64,000 nucleotides of DNA from the human T2T-CHM13v2.0 reference genome, Homo sapiens, in NCBI RefSeq assembly GCF_009914755.1, contig NC_060925.1; one strand, given 5' to 3'. Positions 49,653-64,000 of this stretch are shown here, in pieces. Positions within the stretch are counted from its first letter, which is position 1. Every line of letters begins with the position of its first letter. Both the position numbers and the translations under genes were made by a program. Under the pieces are notes generated by a model that did not search any database, was not told where the DNA came from, and saw nothing but the letters and a program-made list of their open reading frames with translations.

Positions 49653-51108
49653 TCAGTCCTGCTGCTGGATCATCTGGTTAGTGGCTTCTGACTCAGAGGA
49701 CCTTCGTCTCCTGGGGCAATGGGCCTTCCAGTGATTCCCTTGACATAAGGGGCATGGATGAGGGGGCGGTTTATTTCTACTTGGACAATCTTTTTTAAAA
49801 TGTCCTTATAGACCGCACTGGAAGCAAGCCTTGTTAGGCATTCAATCTGCCCAGCTTTTCCCTTTTCCAGAGCCTCCAAAGTCCGCTTGCTTGAAGGCCA
49901 TGACTAAAGCGGTGGCTTTTGTTTTATCCCTCTTGTCCCATTCCACCTGCTCCTCCTGATCTCTATTATAAAAAACTGAGGTTACCAAGTTCAATAGGGT
50001 TTCTAAGTTTTGCTCCGGGTCTAAGGTGACTTTTGAAGTTTTTTTCTAATGTCCACAGCTGACTGAGTGATAAACTTTTCCTTTAAGATTAGTTGGCCTT
50101 CAATAGAGTCAGGTGACAGACAGGTATGCTTCCTCAATGCCTTTCAAGTCTCTGCAGAAAGGCAGTAGGATTTTCTTCCTTTCCCTGTGTTATAGTGGAC
50201 ATCATTGAATAATTCATAGTCTTCCTAGTTTTCCTTAGTCCTTCTAGCCCACAAGTTAGCAAATGTCTGCAGCACCAATCTCCATGTTCTGATTCTATGT
50301 CCCAGTGAGGGTCTACACTGGGAACTGCCTGCTGGCCTATGGGGAATCATTCTCTTTCCTCTGTTGTCATCCTATCATTGACCTGACTGAGACACCAGAG
50401 ATCGCCAGACTCTCGGGCTGCAGTTATGGTGGCACTTCTCTCATTTGGGGTTAGTGTCTGATCTAGCAGTAACATTATCTCTCTCCACATCAGATCAAAG
50501 GATTCTCCTAACCCTTGTAAAACATCAATATAGCCATCAGGGTTATCTGAGAATTTACCTAGGTCTATTTTAATTTGCTTTAAGTCTGGGAGAGAAAAAG
50601 GTACATGCAGTCTGGCTGGGCTGAATTCTCCTCCTCCCACTGCTTGGAGGGGGCATAATCAGGGAATATTGGCACTCTTTGTTTCATTGTTTACCCCTTT
50701 GTCTATCTCTTTTTGGACCACTTGGGGTGAAGGGGGGGTCCTTATTAGTTGGGGAAGGAGTCAGTGGGATGCTCCGGTAGGGAGGTAGACTCTGAGGCTT
50801 CCTGTAGGGCATAAATCACACTTTTTACAAAATTGCGAGTTGTCTCTTAATGAAAAGAAAGTTTGTACATATGGCACTTCACTCCATTTGCCTTCTTTTC
50901 TACAAAAGAGGTCTAGCTGTAAGATGGTGTTATAATTTTTACTTCCCTCAGGAGGCCAGGTTTCTCCCTCTTGAAGAGTATATTGTGGCCTGGCAGGACT
51001 GCAGAAGAATATAAGTCATTTCTTTCTTAGCGTCTGAGGGTCAAATTGGTCCCAATTCTCCAGAATACATCTTAGGGGCGTTTTTGCCTTGGGGGGAACG
51101 TTTCCCAT
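49653..51108 (-). pseudogene. HERV-W gag (disrupted)
   Basis: Begins MGNVPPKAK at 51108; capsid fragment HVPFSLPDLKQIKIDLGKFSDNPDGYIDVLQGLG; ends QQQD-TGA at 49653-49655; several frameshifts and stops. Confidence 0.9.
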
Positions 51109-54100
51109 CTGAAAAAAGAACATAGGGATGACAGCACCCCTAGTCATTTTCTGATGAGCATTAGTCCTAGAGCGTCCTCTGTGGTCCTAATGCTTATTCC
51201 TTTCCAGGGTGCGTAACAACCCATGGACCTCTGCTTATCGGATTAGTTACGCTCACCAATGTAGCAGTCCTGCACCTGTTTTCCCACCTTCCTTGACACA
51301 AAGAAAGGGGTCCAGGCTGCTGGATTCTAGTGGTCCTTTACCAGCGTGCCCAACATTGCGTTTGTGCTCAGGGGTGAGTCCTAGAGCTGGGCTGGGTACC
51401 TGAGTATTTCATAACAACCCAGCTGCCCCATCAAGATGCATTCCCATAAGCAACTGTTCTTATGCAAATTCATTTCAGAGAGGGTGTAAGTAACCTTTTG
51501 AGTCAGGATTGAGAGTCTTTTTTGATTCTGTAAGTACTTTAAGGCTTGGCTGAGTGCAAACAGCTCCCATGTTTGAGGAGACCAATTATTAGGCAATTCT
51601 TCCAATTCTGCTTCCACAAGAGTCTCCCTATCAATTACTGAATATCGTTTGTGGTTTTTTCCTCAATCACCTGGAAGGAACCATATATTGTCCTGTCCTG
51701 AAGGGAGTTCCTCCTAGGTCTGGTTGGACCTTTGTATGGTAATTAAGATTTAAATCCCATTAGGAAATCTGCTGGGTTAGGGGAATTATCAGTGGTTAGT
51801 GTTAAATCACCTTTTGCCAACAGAATAGCCCCATACTTTAAGATTTTTGAGTTAGTAAGCTACCTTTTTGCTTTTTTTGACTTAGAATAATTCTGAACTG
51901 GTGAGGTGTGCTCACAATGAGTTTTCCTCTAAAAGTTACTTCTCTACTTTCTTCTGTTAGCAAAGCAGTTGCCACTACAGATTGAATGCATTTGGGCCAC
52001 CCACAGGTTACCGGGTTAAGGATTTTTAATAGGAAGTCTACAGGTTGTCAGTGGTCTCAGTGTTTTCAGGCTATGCCCTTGTTTACACTGACAGGTAGTA
52101 CTGGAGTGTTACAGGGTCATGGAGAAGATCTTCAATTATCAATTATAGGTTTTAAATTTACCCTGGCTTTTAAAGGAATAGGGCACAATGTTTTTTTTGT
52201 TTTTGTTTTTTAACTATTTCTTTTTCTTTGTCTCTCTCCCTCCCCTCCCTCTCCCTCCCTCCTCCATCTCTCTCTCCTCTTAGCCATTACAAACTTGGGG
52301 CCCTGGCAAGGGTGGTGGGGAACGGGTCCCACATAACTGCCCATGTCAAGAGCTGTATAACTAAATCGGGAGGGACACCAGGGATAAGACTCCCTGGGTT
52401 TATAGCCTAGGGGCCTAAGAACTCAGAATAGAGCTTCCTTAGATCCCTTTGGAGATACAACTTGCCAGAGGAAATATAAGTCTGAACCATTAGTACCTAG
52501 GAGGCAGGGATCAGAGGAAGTACATTCAGAGGTAAGAAGAATTTTGGGGCTATACTTTCAAGAAAGTCGTGGTCGGGACCCAGGAGGTATGGGTCAGAAG
52601 GAAAGGTAGGGGCGCACGCATGGGTGACTGTTGAGTAGAGACTTCTGGCTGTGCCATGATCTCAACCGGCTAATGCCGGGAGTTTGAGACAACAGCTTTC
52701 TGCCTCTAGTCGGCTCTGGGCTTCCCCAAGAATATTGAAAGTGGAAGGTGGTTCTAGGCAGATGAATGCTCCCAACCCAGAAGGGTTGGGGGTTGTTAGA
52801 GAGCCCTTAATACTCACACCTGAATCTTAAGTCCAGTGGCCACGCTAATCGTTTTTAACTGGCCGACAGGTGCCCGGTTATTTTCCTCCAATTCTAAGGA
52901 ATGATAGGACAGAATAGCAAGTGAAAGTGGTCCAATTATTATTCACTGCTTTGGAGGTCCCTTCATGGTTGCCAAAATGTTATTGGGGGGTCGTTGCTCC
53001 CAGAGCTCCCAAGATGGTGGCGGGCCTCTTCCAAGATGGTGGCAAGCCTCATGTTCTCTGACCTGGGGTTCTTGGCCTCACGGATTCCAAGAGATGGAAT
53101 CTTGGGCCATGCGGTGAGTGTTATAGCTCTATTAGAAGCTGTGGGTCACGGAAGAGAACTGTGGAACCCAGTGACTAGTGTTCAGCTTGATTAGGATGAA
53201 CCCCGGCACTTAGCCATGCAGGAACAATGGCAAGCCTTCAGCCCAATCAGGAGTGGTAATGGATCAGAAGCACAGCAGACACCCTGCCGGATTCAGAGGG
53301 ATAGAAGTCAGTGGAGGGTCTGTGACAGCGGCAAACAGCAGTGGTGGACGGCGAGCGAAAGCTCAGCTCCAGCCGTAACAAACATGGACTAGAAGAGAGT
53401 GCAGCTGCAAGATTTAATAGAGTGAAAACAGAGATCCCATACAAAGGGAGGGGACCCAAAGAGGGTAGCCGTTGCTGGCTCGAATGCCTGGGTTTATATC
53501 CCGATCATTGTCCCTCCCGCTGTGCTCTCAGGTGATAGATGATTGGCTATTTCTTTACCTCCTGTTTTTGCCTAATCAACATTTTAGTGAGCTCTCTCTG
53601 GTGTGAGCTAAGTTGCAAGCCCCATGTTTAAAGGTGGATGCGGTGACCTTCCCAGCTGGGCTTAGGGATTCTTAGTCCACCTAGGAAATCCAGCTAGTCC
53701 TGTCTCTCACTGGGAAGCAGGTCTGCTCTCTCCGTTTTACAGAAAGAAAATCAGCTCAGGTAGGCCAAGTAACAAACATACCCAGTATCACTTGGCTTGT
53801 GAGTAACTGAGCCAGGATCCCACACTCAAGTCTGTGGCACTCTGGAGCTCATGCTATTTCCATTTTCTCAGAATGCTCTGAAAGTTCCATATAAATATTG
53901 CTAATTTGGAGGAGGCTGAGCCAGGAAGAGGTGGCCACGAGGGCTGAGTAGGTAGTGTGGTGAGTATGATGGACTTTGGAGTCAAACAAATCTGGGTTGA
54001 GCTCTGTCTATGCAATTACTCATTATATGACCTTGTGTGTATTTCTACTCTCTCTAAGCCTCAATTTCCTCATCTTTACAATAGGTATAATAATAGCATC

Positions 54101-55159
54101 CACTTAAAAAGGCTGCTATTCATAGAAAATAAATTAGTGCTTATAAAGCACTTAGCAAAGTGGCCAGTACAAGCAAGTACTCAATAAATATCTCTGTTTT
54201 TACTACTAAACATATGTGTTCAGCAATTATAAAATTGTAATATAGATGGGTTGCATCTAGACACATGTACATTATAGCAATGAACATCATTGTCACCTTT
54301 CCAATCCCATTGCACACCAACTATTTCTGGCCCTGGACTACGTCAACAACCTCTTAATAGATTCCTGGCCTCCAATTCCTCTCCCTTTGGTAAGCCAGCC
54401 TACATACGCTGACAGGCTGATCTCCCTAAAACCTAATTCTGATTATGCATTACTATGCATCATCCCCCTGCTGAAATACTGTCTTCAAAGTAAGTCCAAG
54501 TTTCTCTTCTTGGCTTTCAAGGACTTGCATATGATACAGCCCCAAATTCCTGCTCCCACCTTGTCCCCACTATTGTCCCACCTTGGTTGTCCCACCTGCT
54601 CCCACTTTGTCCCACCTAGTCCCCAGTATGTGGACTCTGGTTCCAGTTGAACTGAGTTGTGGGCTTTTATTTATAGACACAATTTCTCCTGCATTTTCTC
54701 CATCCAAAAATGGCCACCCATCTCCACACACCTGCCCTCAAATTGGCTTGCTGTCAAATATTTTCAGTGACCCAGTACTACTTCTCTCATGAAACCTTTC
54801 CTGCCATCCCCAAAGAGATGTGAGCAACTTATTCCTTTGAACTCATTTTGCCTTTATTTTTAAAATTATAGTGGTGTTATGAAAAGAGCTTAGGTTTTGC
54901 CACCAGTTAGACCTGGGTTCGAGTTCTGAATCTTCCTTTTATTAGTGTATCATGTCCCTGAGATTAAATTCCTTGTCTGTAAGTTGGGGATAATAAAATC
55001 CTTTTCCTATGGTGTCTGTGAAGACTAAATGAGACCAAGGCACAGAAGGCCCCCTGCTCAGAGCCTTCAGTGTCTGTCTTGCTCCTTTCCCCTGTGTGGG
55101 TAACATGTTTTATGTCCCCTATTTGTTGAGAGTAGGGACTTCACCTTAATCACCTTTGT

Positions 55160-58022
<2,863 letters not shown>

Positions 58023-58225
58023 AGACAAGTTCCTTGGCTGAGGAGTGGCCATACTGGCTGCTCCCACTTCCTTGCTCCTATACCCACAGTAGCCTTGCTT
58101 CAGCTCCTGTGACTCTCTGCTAATCACTGGCTTCTAGGCCACCAATGGCTTTAGAATTGCTAGATCCAGTGCACTCTTGTCAGTCCTCCCACCTGCCTTC
58201 TCAGTCCCTCTCTCCTCCTGAAACC

Positions 58226-59216
58226 TATCGGGGAACCTGCTCCCAATAGTCACGTAGGTTCTTTTCTATTTTCCCTAAGCATCGGCCGGATTGAGAAACA
58301 AAGGGACAGAGTACAAAAGAGAGAAATTTTAAAGCTGGGCATCCAGGGGAGACATCACATGTCAGTAGGTTCTGTGATGCCCCTTGAGCCATAAAACCAG
58401 CAAATTTTTATTAGTGATTTCAAAAGGGGAAGGAGTGTACGAATAGGGTGTGGGTCACAGAGATCACATGCTTCACAAGGTAATAGAATATCCCAAGGCA
58501 AATGGAGGCAGGGTGAGATCACAGGACCACAGGACCGGGGCGAAATTAAAATTGCTAATGAAGTTTCGGGCACGCATTGTCATTGATAACATCTTATCAG
58601 GAGACAGGGTTTGAGAGCAGACAACTGGTCTGACCAAAAATTTATTAGGCGGGAATTTCCTTGTCCTAATAAGCCTGGGAATGCTATGGGAGACTGGGGC
58701 TTATTTCATCCCTACAGTTTCGACCATAGAAGATGGCCACACCCAAGGGGGCCATTTTAGAGGCCTACCCTCAGGGGGGCATTCTCTTTCTCAGGGATGT
58801 TCCTTGCTGAGAAAAAGAATTCAGCGATATTTCTCCCATTTGCTTCTGAAAAAAGAGAAATATGGCTCTGTTCCACCCGGCTCACCAGCAGTCAGAGTTT
58901 AAGGTTATCTCTCTTGTTCCCTGAACATTGCTGTTATCCTGTTCTTTTTTCAAGGTGCCCAGATTTCATATTGTTCAAACACACATGCTCTACAATTTGT
59001 GCAGTTAACGCAATCATCACAGGGTCCTGAGGTGACATACATCCTCCTCAGTTTACGAGATGACAGGATTAAGAGATTAAAGTAAAGACAGGCATAGGAA
59101 ATCCCAAGGGTATTGATTGGGGAAGTGATAAGTGTCCATGAAATCTTCACAATTTATGTTCTTCCACCATGGCTTCAGCTGGTCCCTCCATTTGGGGTCC
59201 CTGACTTCCTGCAACA
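58226..59216 (-). mobile_element. MER11 solo LTR (HERV-K HML-8)
   Basis: Starts TGTTGCAGGAAGTCAGGGACCCC, ends GGTTCCCCGATA; 6-bp TSD GAAACC (58220-58225, 59217-59222). Confidence 0.92.
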
Positions 59217-60335
59217 GAAACCCTGTCCTCCCATGGCTCTGTGAACAGCAGCCTCCTTCCATCAGTCTGACCCCTTGGCCCCATGCCTGGCTCTGCCCCT
59301 ACCCCAGCCCCAGCCTTGGTGTGGCTCAGGGTCCCCTTCTTGCCCATTGCTCTCTGAAAACTTTACATTCCCCACTCCTGGTGTGACCTCACTCATCACC
59401 TACATGCAGAAGCTCCCAAACCTGTCTAGGCAGCAAGTCTAGCAGGCAGAAATGTAGTTTTCAAGCAAGACGCCTTGGCACTGATCTTCTGATTTCTGCG
59501 AAGGGTCTCAAGAGTCAGCTCTGTTTGTGTTACAGCTCTCTCAGTCTCACGTTTTACAAACGTCCCTTCAGATTCCAGTCTTTTTGGTTTGTCTGTTCAC
59601 ATCCTGTGAATTCTTTGAGACCCAGCTTCAATTTTGCTCTCAGGAGGCCTGCCCTGATGTCCTGACCCACACTGATTCTACAGTAGAGTCTACAAAATGA
59701 TCCTGAGTCCCTGCTGGTGCTGGGTGTGTCTGCCCTTCATTTCATCCTTATCACAATCTTGTGAGTTTCGTGTAATTCTGCTCCTCTCCCTTCTTTTTCA
59801 GGTGAGGAAATTAAAGTTGAGAGACACTAAGCAACTGCCCCAGGCTTCCATGGCAGAATGAGGATTCAGGTCGAGCCTGTCTAACTGTTAACCCCATCCC
59901 TTTCCATCACATTTTTATGCCTACCTAGCATGGGCCTGGTTGGCAGGGCTCTTGAAGTAGAGCTTCTCAAATGCAACTGCACCTGTGCATCTTGCTAAGA
60001 TGTGGATTCTGATGCAGGACTTCTGGGTGGGGGCTGAGACTCCATTTCTAACAAGTCCCCAAGTCATTCCAATGCTGCTGGCCTGCAAAGCACAATGTGA
60101 GAAGCAGGAGTTCAGCCCCCGCCCCCCTCATTTTGCAGCAGAAGAAATTGAGGTTGTTGAAGTCAAGTGACTTACTTCAAGTGGCATGGCACGTTAGTGG
60201 AAGAGGCAGGATACAGACATGGGAATGCTAATTTCCAGTCCAGAGCCTTGCCTTTACCATGTGTGTCAGTTACTAGGCTATTGTCTCTTTGCTCCAACCC
60301 CATCCTTCCGCACTTAGCTTTGGATGCTGGGGTTG

Positions 60336-60691
60336 TGCTATGGACTGAATATTTGTGTCCCTCCCCAAATCCATGTGTTGAAGCCTAATCCTCAGTGGGA
60401 TGGAATTAGGAGGTGGGGAAGTAATTAGGTCAGGAGAGTGGAGCCCTCATAAGTGGGATTAGTGCCTTCATAAGAGACAAGAGACAGCTTGCATCCTCGT
60501 GCTCTGCAATCCACTGTATGAGCGTAGAATGAGAAGACAGCTGTCTGCAAAGAAGAGTGTCCTCATCAGACTCTAGATCAGCTGGCACCTTGATCTTGGA
60601 CTTCTCAGCCTCCATAACTGTGAAAAATAAATGTTATTTGAGATACTCATTCTGTGGTATTTTGTTATAGTAGCCCAAAGAGACTAAGATA
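60336..60691 (+). mobile_element. MaLR solo LTR (MLT1A/MST-like) nested in an older ERVL-type LTR (about 60262-61320)
   Basis: TGCTATGGACTGAAT...GACTAAGATA; flanks GGTTG/GGCTG. Confidence 0.7.
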
Positions 60692-60763
60692 GGCTGGGAC
60701 TATGCAAACCATATTTTCCTGCTTTGCCCACTGGCCCCATGTTAGGATCTGTGCATGTGCTCA

Positions 60764-60768
60764 AGGAG

Positions 60769-60810
<42 letters not shown>

Positions 60811-60812
60811 TA

Positions 60813-60888
<76 letters not shown>

Positions 60889-60940
60889 CAGGGAGAGACA
60901 GGGAGAGACAGAGACAGGGAGAGAGACAGGGGAGGAGGGA
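60764..60940 (+). repeat. Long (GA)n polypurine tract
   Basis: About 175 bp almost purely purine on the plus strand. Confidence 0.97.
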
Positions 60941-61474
60941 TGTCTAGTTTCCTCTTCCTGGGCGCATCACCCAGCAACACTGCCATTGTAGTAGCATTGC
61001 CTTTCTGTAACAGCAGCTGGATCCAGTTTGCATTTTCCCAGTCCTTGCAGAACCATCCTCATCACCATCAGCCTCAAAGGCACCAGGACCAGCCAATCAG
61101 GACCCTGTCCCCAGGGGTTGGGTTCCAGACCCACAAGAACCTCCTTTAGCACTTACTTTTAATAATTCCAACCTCCTCCCTTCGTTCCCCAAACCTAGGA
61201 ATGGAGGCAGCTTCTTGCACTTGCCACCTCCATGATATTTAAGTGTGTAATTCTTGACTTTTCTGCTACCAAGTCAGCAATTTAAACCTAGCTTACATTT
61301 CTCTATACTCTCTGTTAAAACAACTGGACCTTGACTAACCTACTCTATGATCTGTTAATTTAAAAGTAAACAAAATATCCCCACTAGACTCTGAATTACT
61401 GGAAGGCAGCCACTGGGTCATTGTGATGAGTCCAGCCTCTGTCAGAGTGAGAGCTCGATGTATAGTAGCAAATA

Positions 61475-61507
<33 letters not shown>

Positions 61508-63345
61508 CAGAATGGGTGAAGCTACTACATGCTTTTCCCTTAATGCTAGGTCCATAGAAAGGCCTTATTATTAACTATTTGCTAGTTGAATTGAAAATAA
61601 TTTTTTAGCTTTCTAGAAGTGGTGAGGAATGAAAAAGCGTCCAGGTTTTAGAATAAACAGGACTTCTTCTAACTGTAGTTCTCCCGCTTGTTAGGCAAAT
61701 TGCTTGCTCTTCCTTTCCATTTCCTCCTCTGGAAGGTGGAGTTAATAATACTTTCCTTCTGGTTATTAATAGAACTAGAAGTAATGTCAGTGAAAGGCTG
61801 ACTCCTGTGATTGGAGCCTCCTTTGGAGAGCTGCCAGAGCACAACATGTTAAAAGGAGATTAAGTCAATCTTTGAAACAGAACAAGAACAAGAAGCACAT
61901 GGTGAGTTAGGAAGGTTGAGTTGTCCGTGAAGATGAGATTAGTGGGAGATAATTTTCTGATGAAGTAACAATAGGAAGAAGTTGAGGCCTAAAGTCTTCT
62001 CAGAGAAGATTTGGGGTTTATCAGGAATTTTTGGATTTATGAGGAGTCTGGGGTCCACAGAGGGGCTATTCAGTTCATAAACATGAGGACCCTCTAGATG
62101 CCAGACCCTGTGCTGGGAACTAGGGGGCAGAGAGGAATGAGATAGGGTTGTTCTTGGAGGCACTCAGGACATTCAATTAATTCATTCAACCCATATTCAC
62201 CGAGGGACTAAAGCAGGCCAGGACCTGGGGCTACAAAGATGAATTAGAGTAGGCTCAGACCTCAGGAATTCAGAATGTAATAAGAGGCAAGTGAGAATGA
62301 AACAATGGCGGGCACCTAAACCTTGGAGGATGCCCTGCTATTTTTTTTTTTTCTCGAGACAGTGTCTTCTTCTGTCACCCAGGCTAGAATGCAGTGACGC
62401 CATTTCGGCTCACTGTAGCTTCAACATGCCGGGCTCAAGTGATCCTCTCACCTCAGCCTCCCCAAAATGCTAGGATTACAGAGGTGAGCGACTGTGCCTG
62501 GCTGATGCCTTGCTGTATAAACTGCAGCCTGCTGGCTCTCCCTCTCCAACCCAGCCTGCTAACTCACCACGGTTCCATTCACATCCCTAAAGCTTAGCTG
62601 TACCCTGAAAAAGAGCTTAGCAGTTGAGAACTCTGGTTCAGGGGACAGAAATATCTGGGTTCAAATCCTAGTTCCTCACTTGTTACTCATGCGGCCTTGA
62701 ACAAGTCTGAGCCAGATTCCACCTCTAAACTTAGATATTATGTAACCTCATGAGGTTGCAGTGAGGATTAAACAAGATAATGTGTGCAAAGTGCCCAGCA
62801 CAGTGACTGGCACAGGATTAAGTGCTCAATCAATGCTAGTTATTGCTACTACCTTTCATTAAAGGCTGCTTATAGGGTGGGTGCTTTGCATACTTCATCT
62901 CATTTAATATTCAGATAATCCTGCAAGGTAAGAATCATGAATCTTTTTGAGTGTTAATTAATGTCCTATATCTCGTTTCAGTGGAGGAGTAAGTTTCTAT
63001 CTCACTTCCCAGGGGAGTGACTTATCATATGGAGAGGTTTTAAAGAAGGTGAGCGTGGGGCCCTCTCTTTTTGTAGAAAAGCCTGTCCTTGGCATGTAGA
63101 GCTTTTCAACTTTAGTACCCAGATCCTCCCATCACCCAGCACTGTTTCTCTCTATTCTGTTCCAATTCATACATGACACAGCTGCTGGGAAACCTTCAAT
63201 GGCCCCATTGCCTACAGAATAAAGCTCCAACTCCTTATCCTGGCATTGAAGACCCTCCAGGTGTGGCCTACCCTACCTTTCCAGTCTTTATTCTAGTTCA
63301 CTCCACCACATGCCCCATGAACTCAGGGCCAGCTATGGGGGACAG

Positions 63346-64000
63346 CAGTACTACCTGGGCTAAATAATTTAAAGATTTTTGTTGAGCTATAAAACTTTTT
63401 GCAGTGTCTTAAGCTATCTCACCAATAGTGGTGAATAGGTTTTGAATAATATCTCTGTTGACATAAACTCTAGCATTTGGAATTGGTATTCTCAGGATGT
63501 TTTCACCTATATTATCAACATATCTTATTAACATTGACCTTTTAGCTCTATAATGAAGAGAAAAAGGGGGTCCTTCTATATGTTTGTATAGGGATAAGGG
63601 GGTTAGAAAATGCTCCAGCAAGTGTAAACCTTTTATTTGTAATCTGTTGAGGCATTGGTGTGTCCATCTTTGTGTAGGTGATTCAGACCACATGTCACAC
63701 ACAAACACACGTCCTGGGGGAGCACAGGTGGTACCCCTGAAGGTGTGCTCACTAATAGATTCATTCATGGGGAATGCTGACAACACCAAATTGAACCATG
63801 GGTTCCTTTCTTTGCAAGCTTTTCAGAATTTGTTTATATCATAGCCTATATATAGGTATGGTTGGCATAGTAAGGACTTATCTTTAACTTTGTTCATATC
63901 ATCTAGAGTGTATTTGTTTACCCAGTAGCACATGGATTGAGGAGGTCTCATGATATAGAATGGATTTCTACCATTAAAAACAAGGGACAAATTAAAACAA
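63346..64000 (-). pseudogene. Ancient class I ERV env remnant (SU C-terminus and TM N-terminus)
   Basis: CAPPGRVFVC, furin-like RAKR|S, then past one TAA in frame DTAKSFIAQQKSLNYLAQVVL (pre-ISD heptad). Confidence 0.75.

Noticed and set aside
60684-60991. ORFs rich in ER or LS dipeptides
   Set aside because: Translations of the (GA)n microsatellite.

Overview
Primate (almost certainly human, chr1p32.3) genomic DNA. The left third holds the 5' half of DHCR24 (24-dehydrocholesterol reductase/seladin-1) on the minus strand: coding exons 1-5 with GT-AG boundaries read directly from the sequence, a CpG-island promoter with CCAAT boxes and an SRE-like site, and a perfect DR4 (LXRE-type) in intron 2. 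Upstream is a dense retroviral cluster mostly co-oriented with DHCR24: a two-LTR HERV-H (32080-37762), a 5'-truncated env-retaining HERV-H (41047-45035), a two-LTR HERV-W provirus with a disrupted syncytin-like env (45187-53709), a MER11 solo LTR and an old env remnant at the right edge. Alu, L1, MIR and DNA-transposon fossils fill the rest. I cannot claim a new system from sequence alone. The best leads are a stop-free, frame-preserving exon 3-4 circle flanked by inverted Alus (rolling-circle translation candidate) and an intact HERV-H splice donor aimed at DHCR24. Repeat subfamily names come from recalled consensus sequences and need RepeatMasker/Dfam confirmation.
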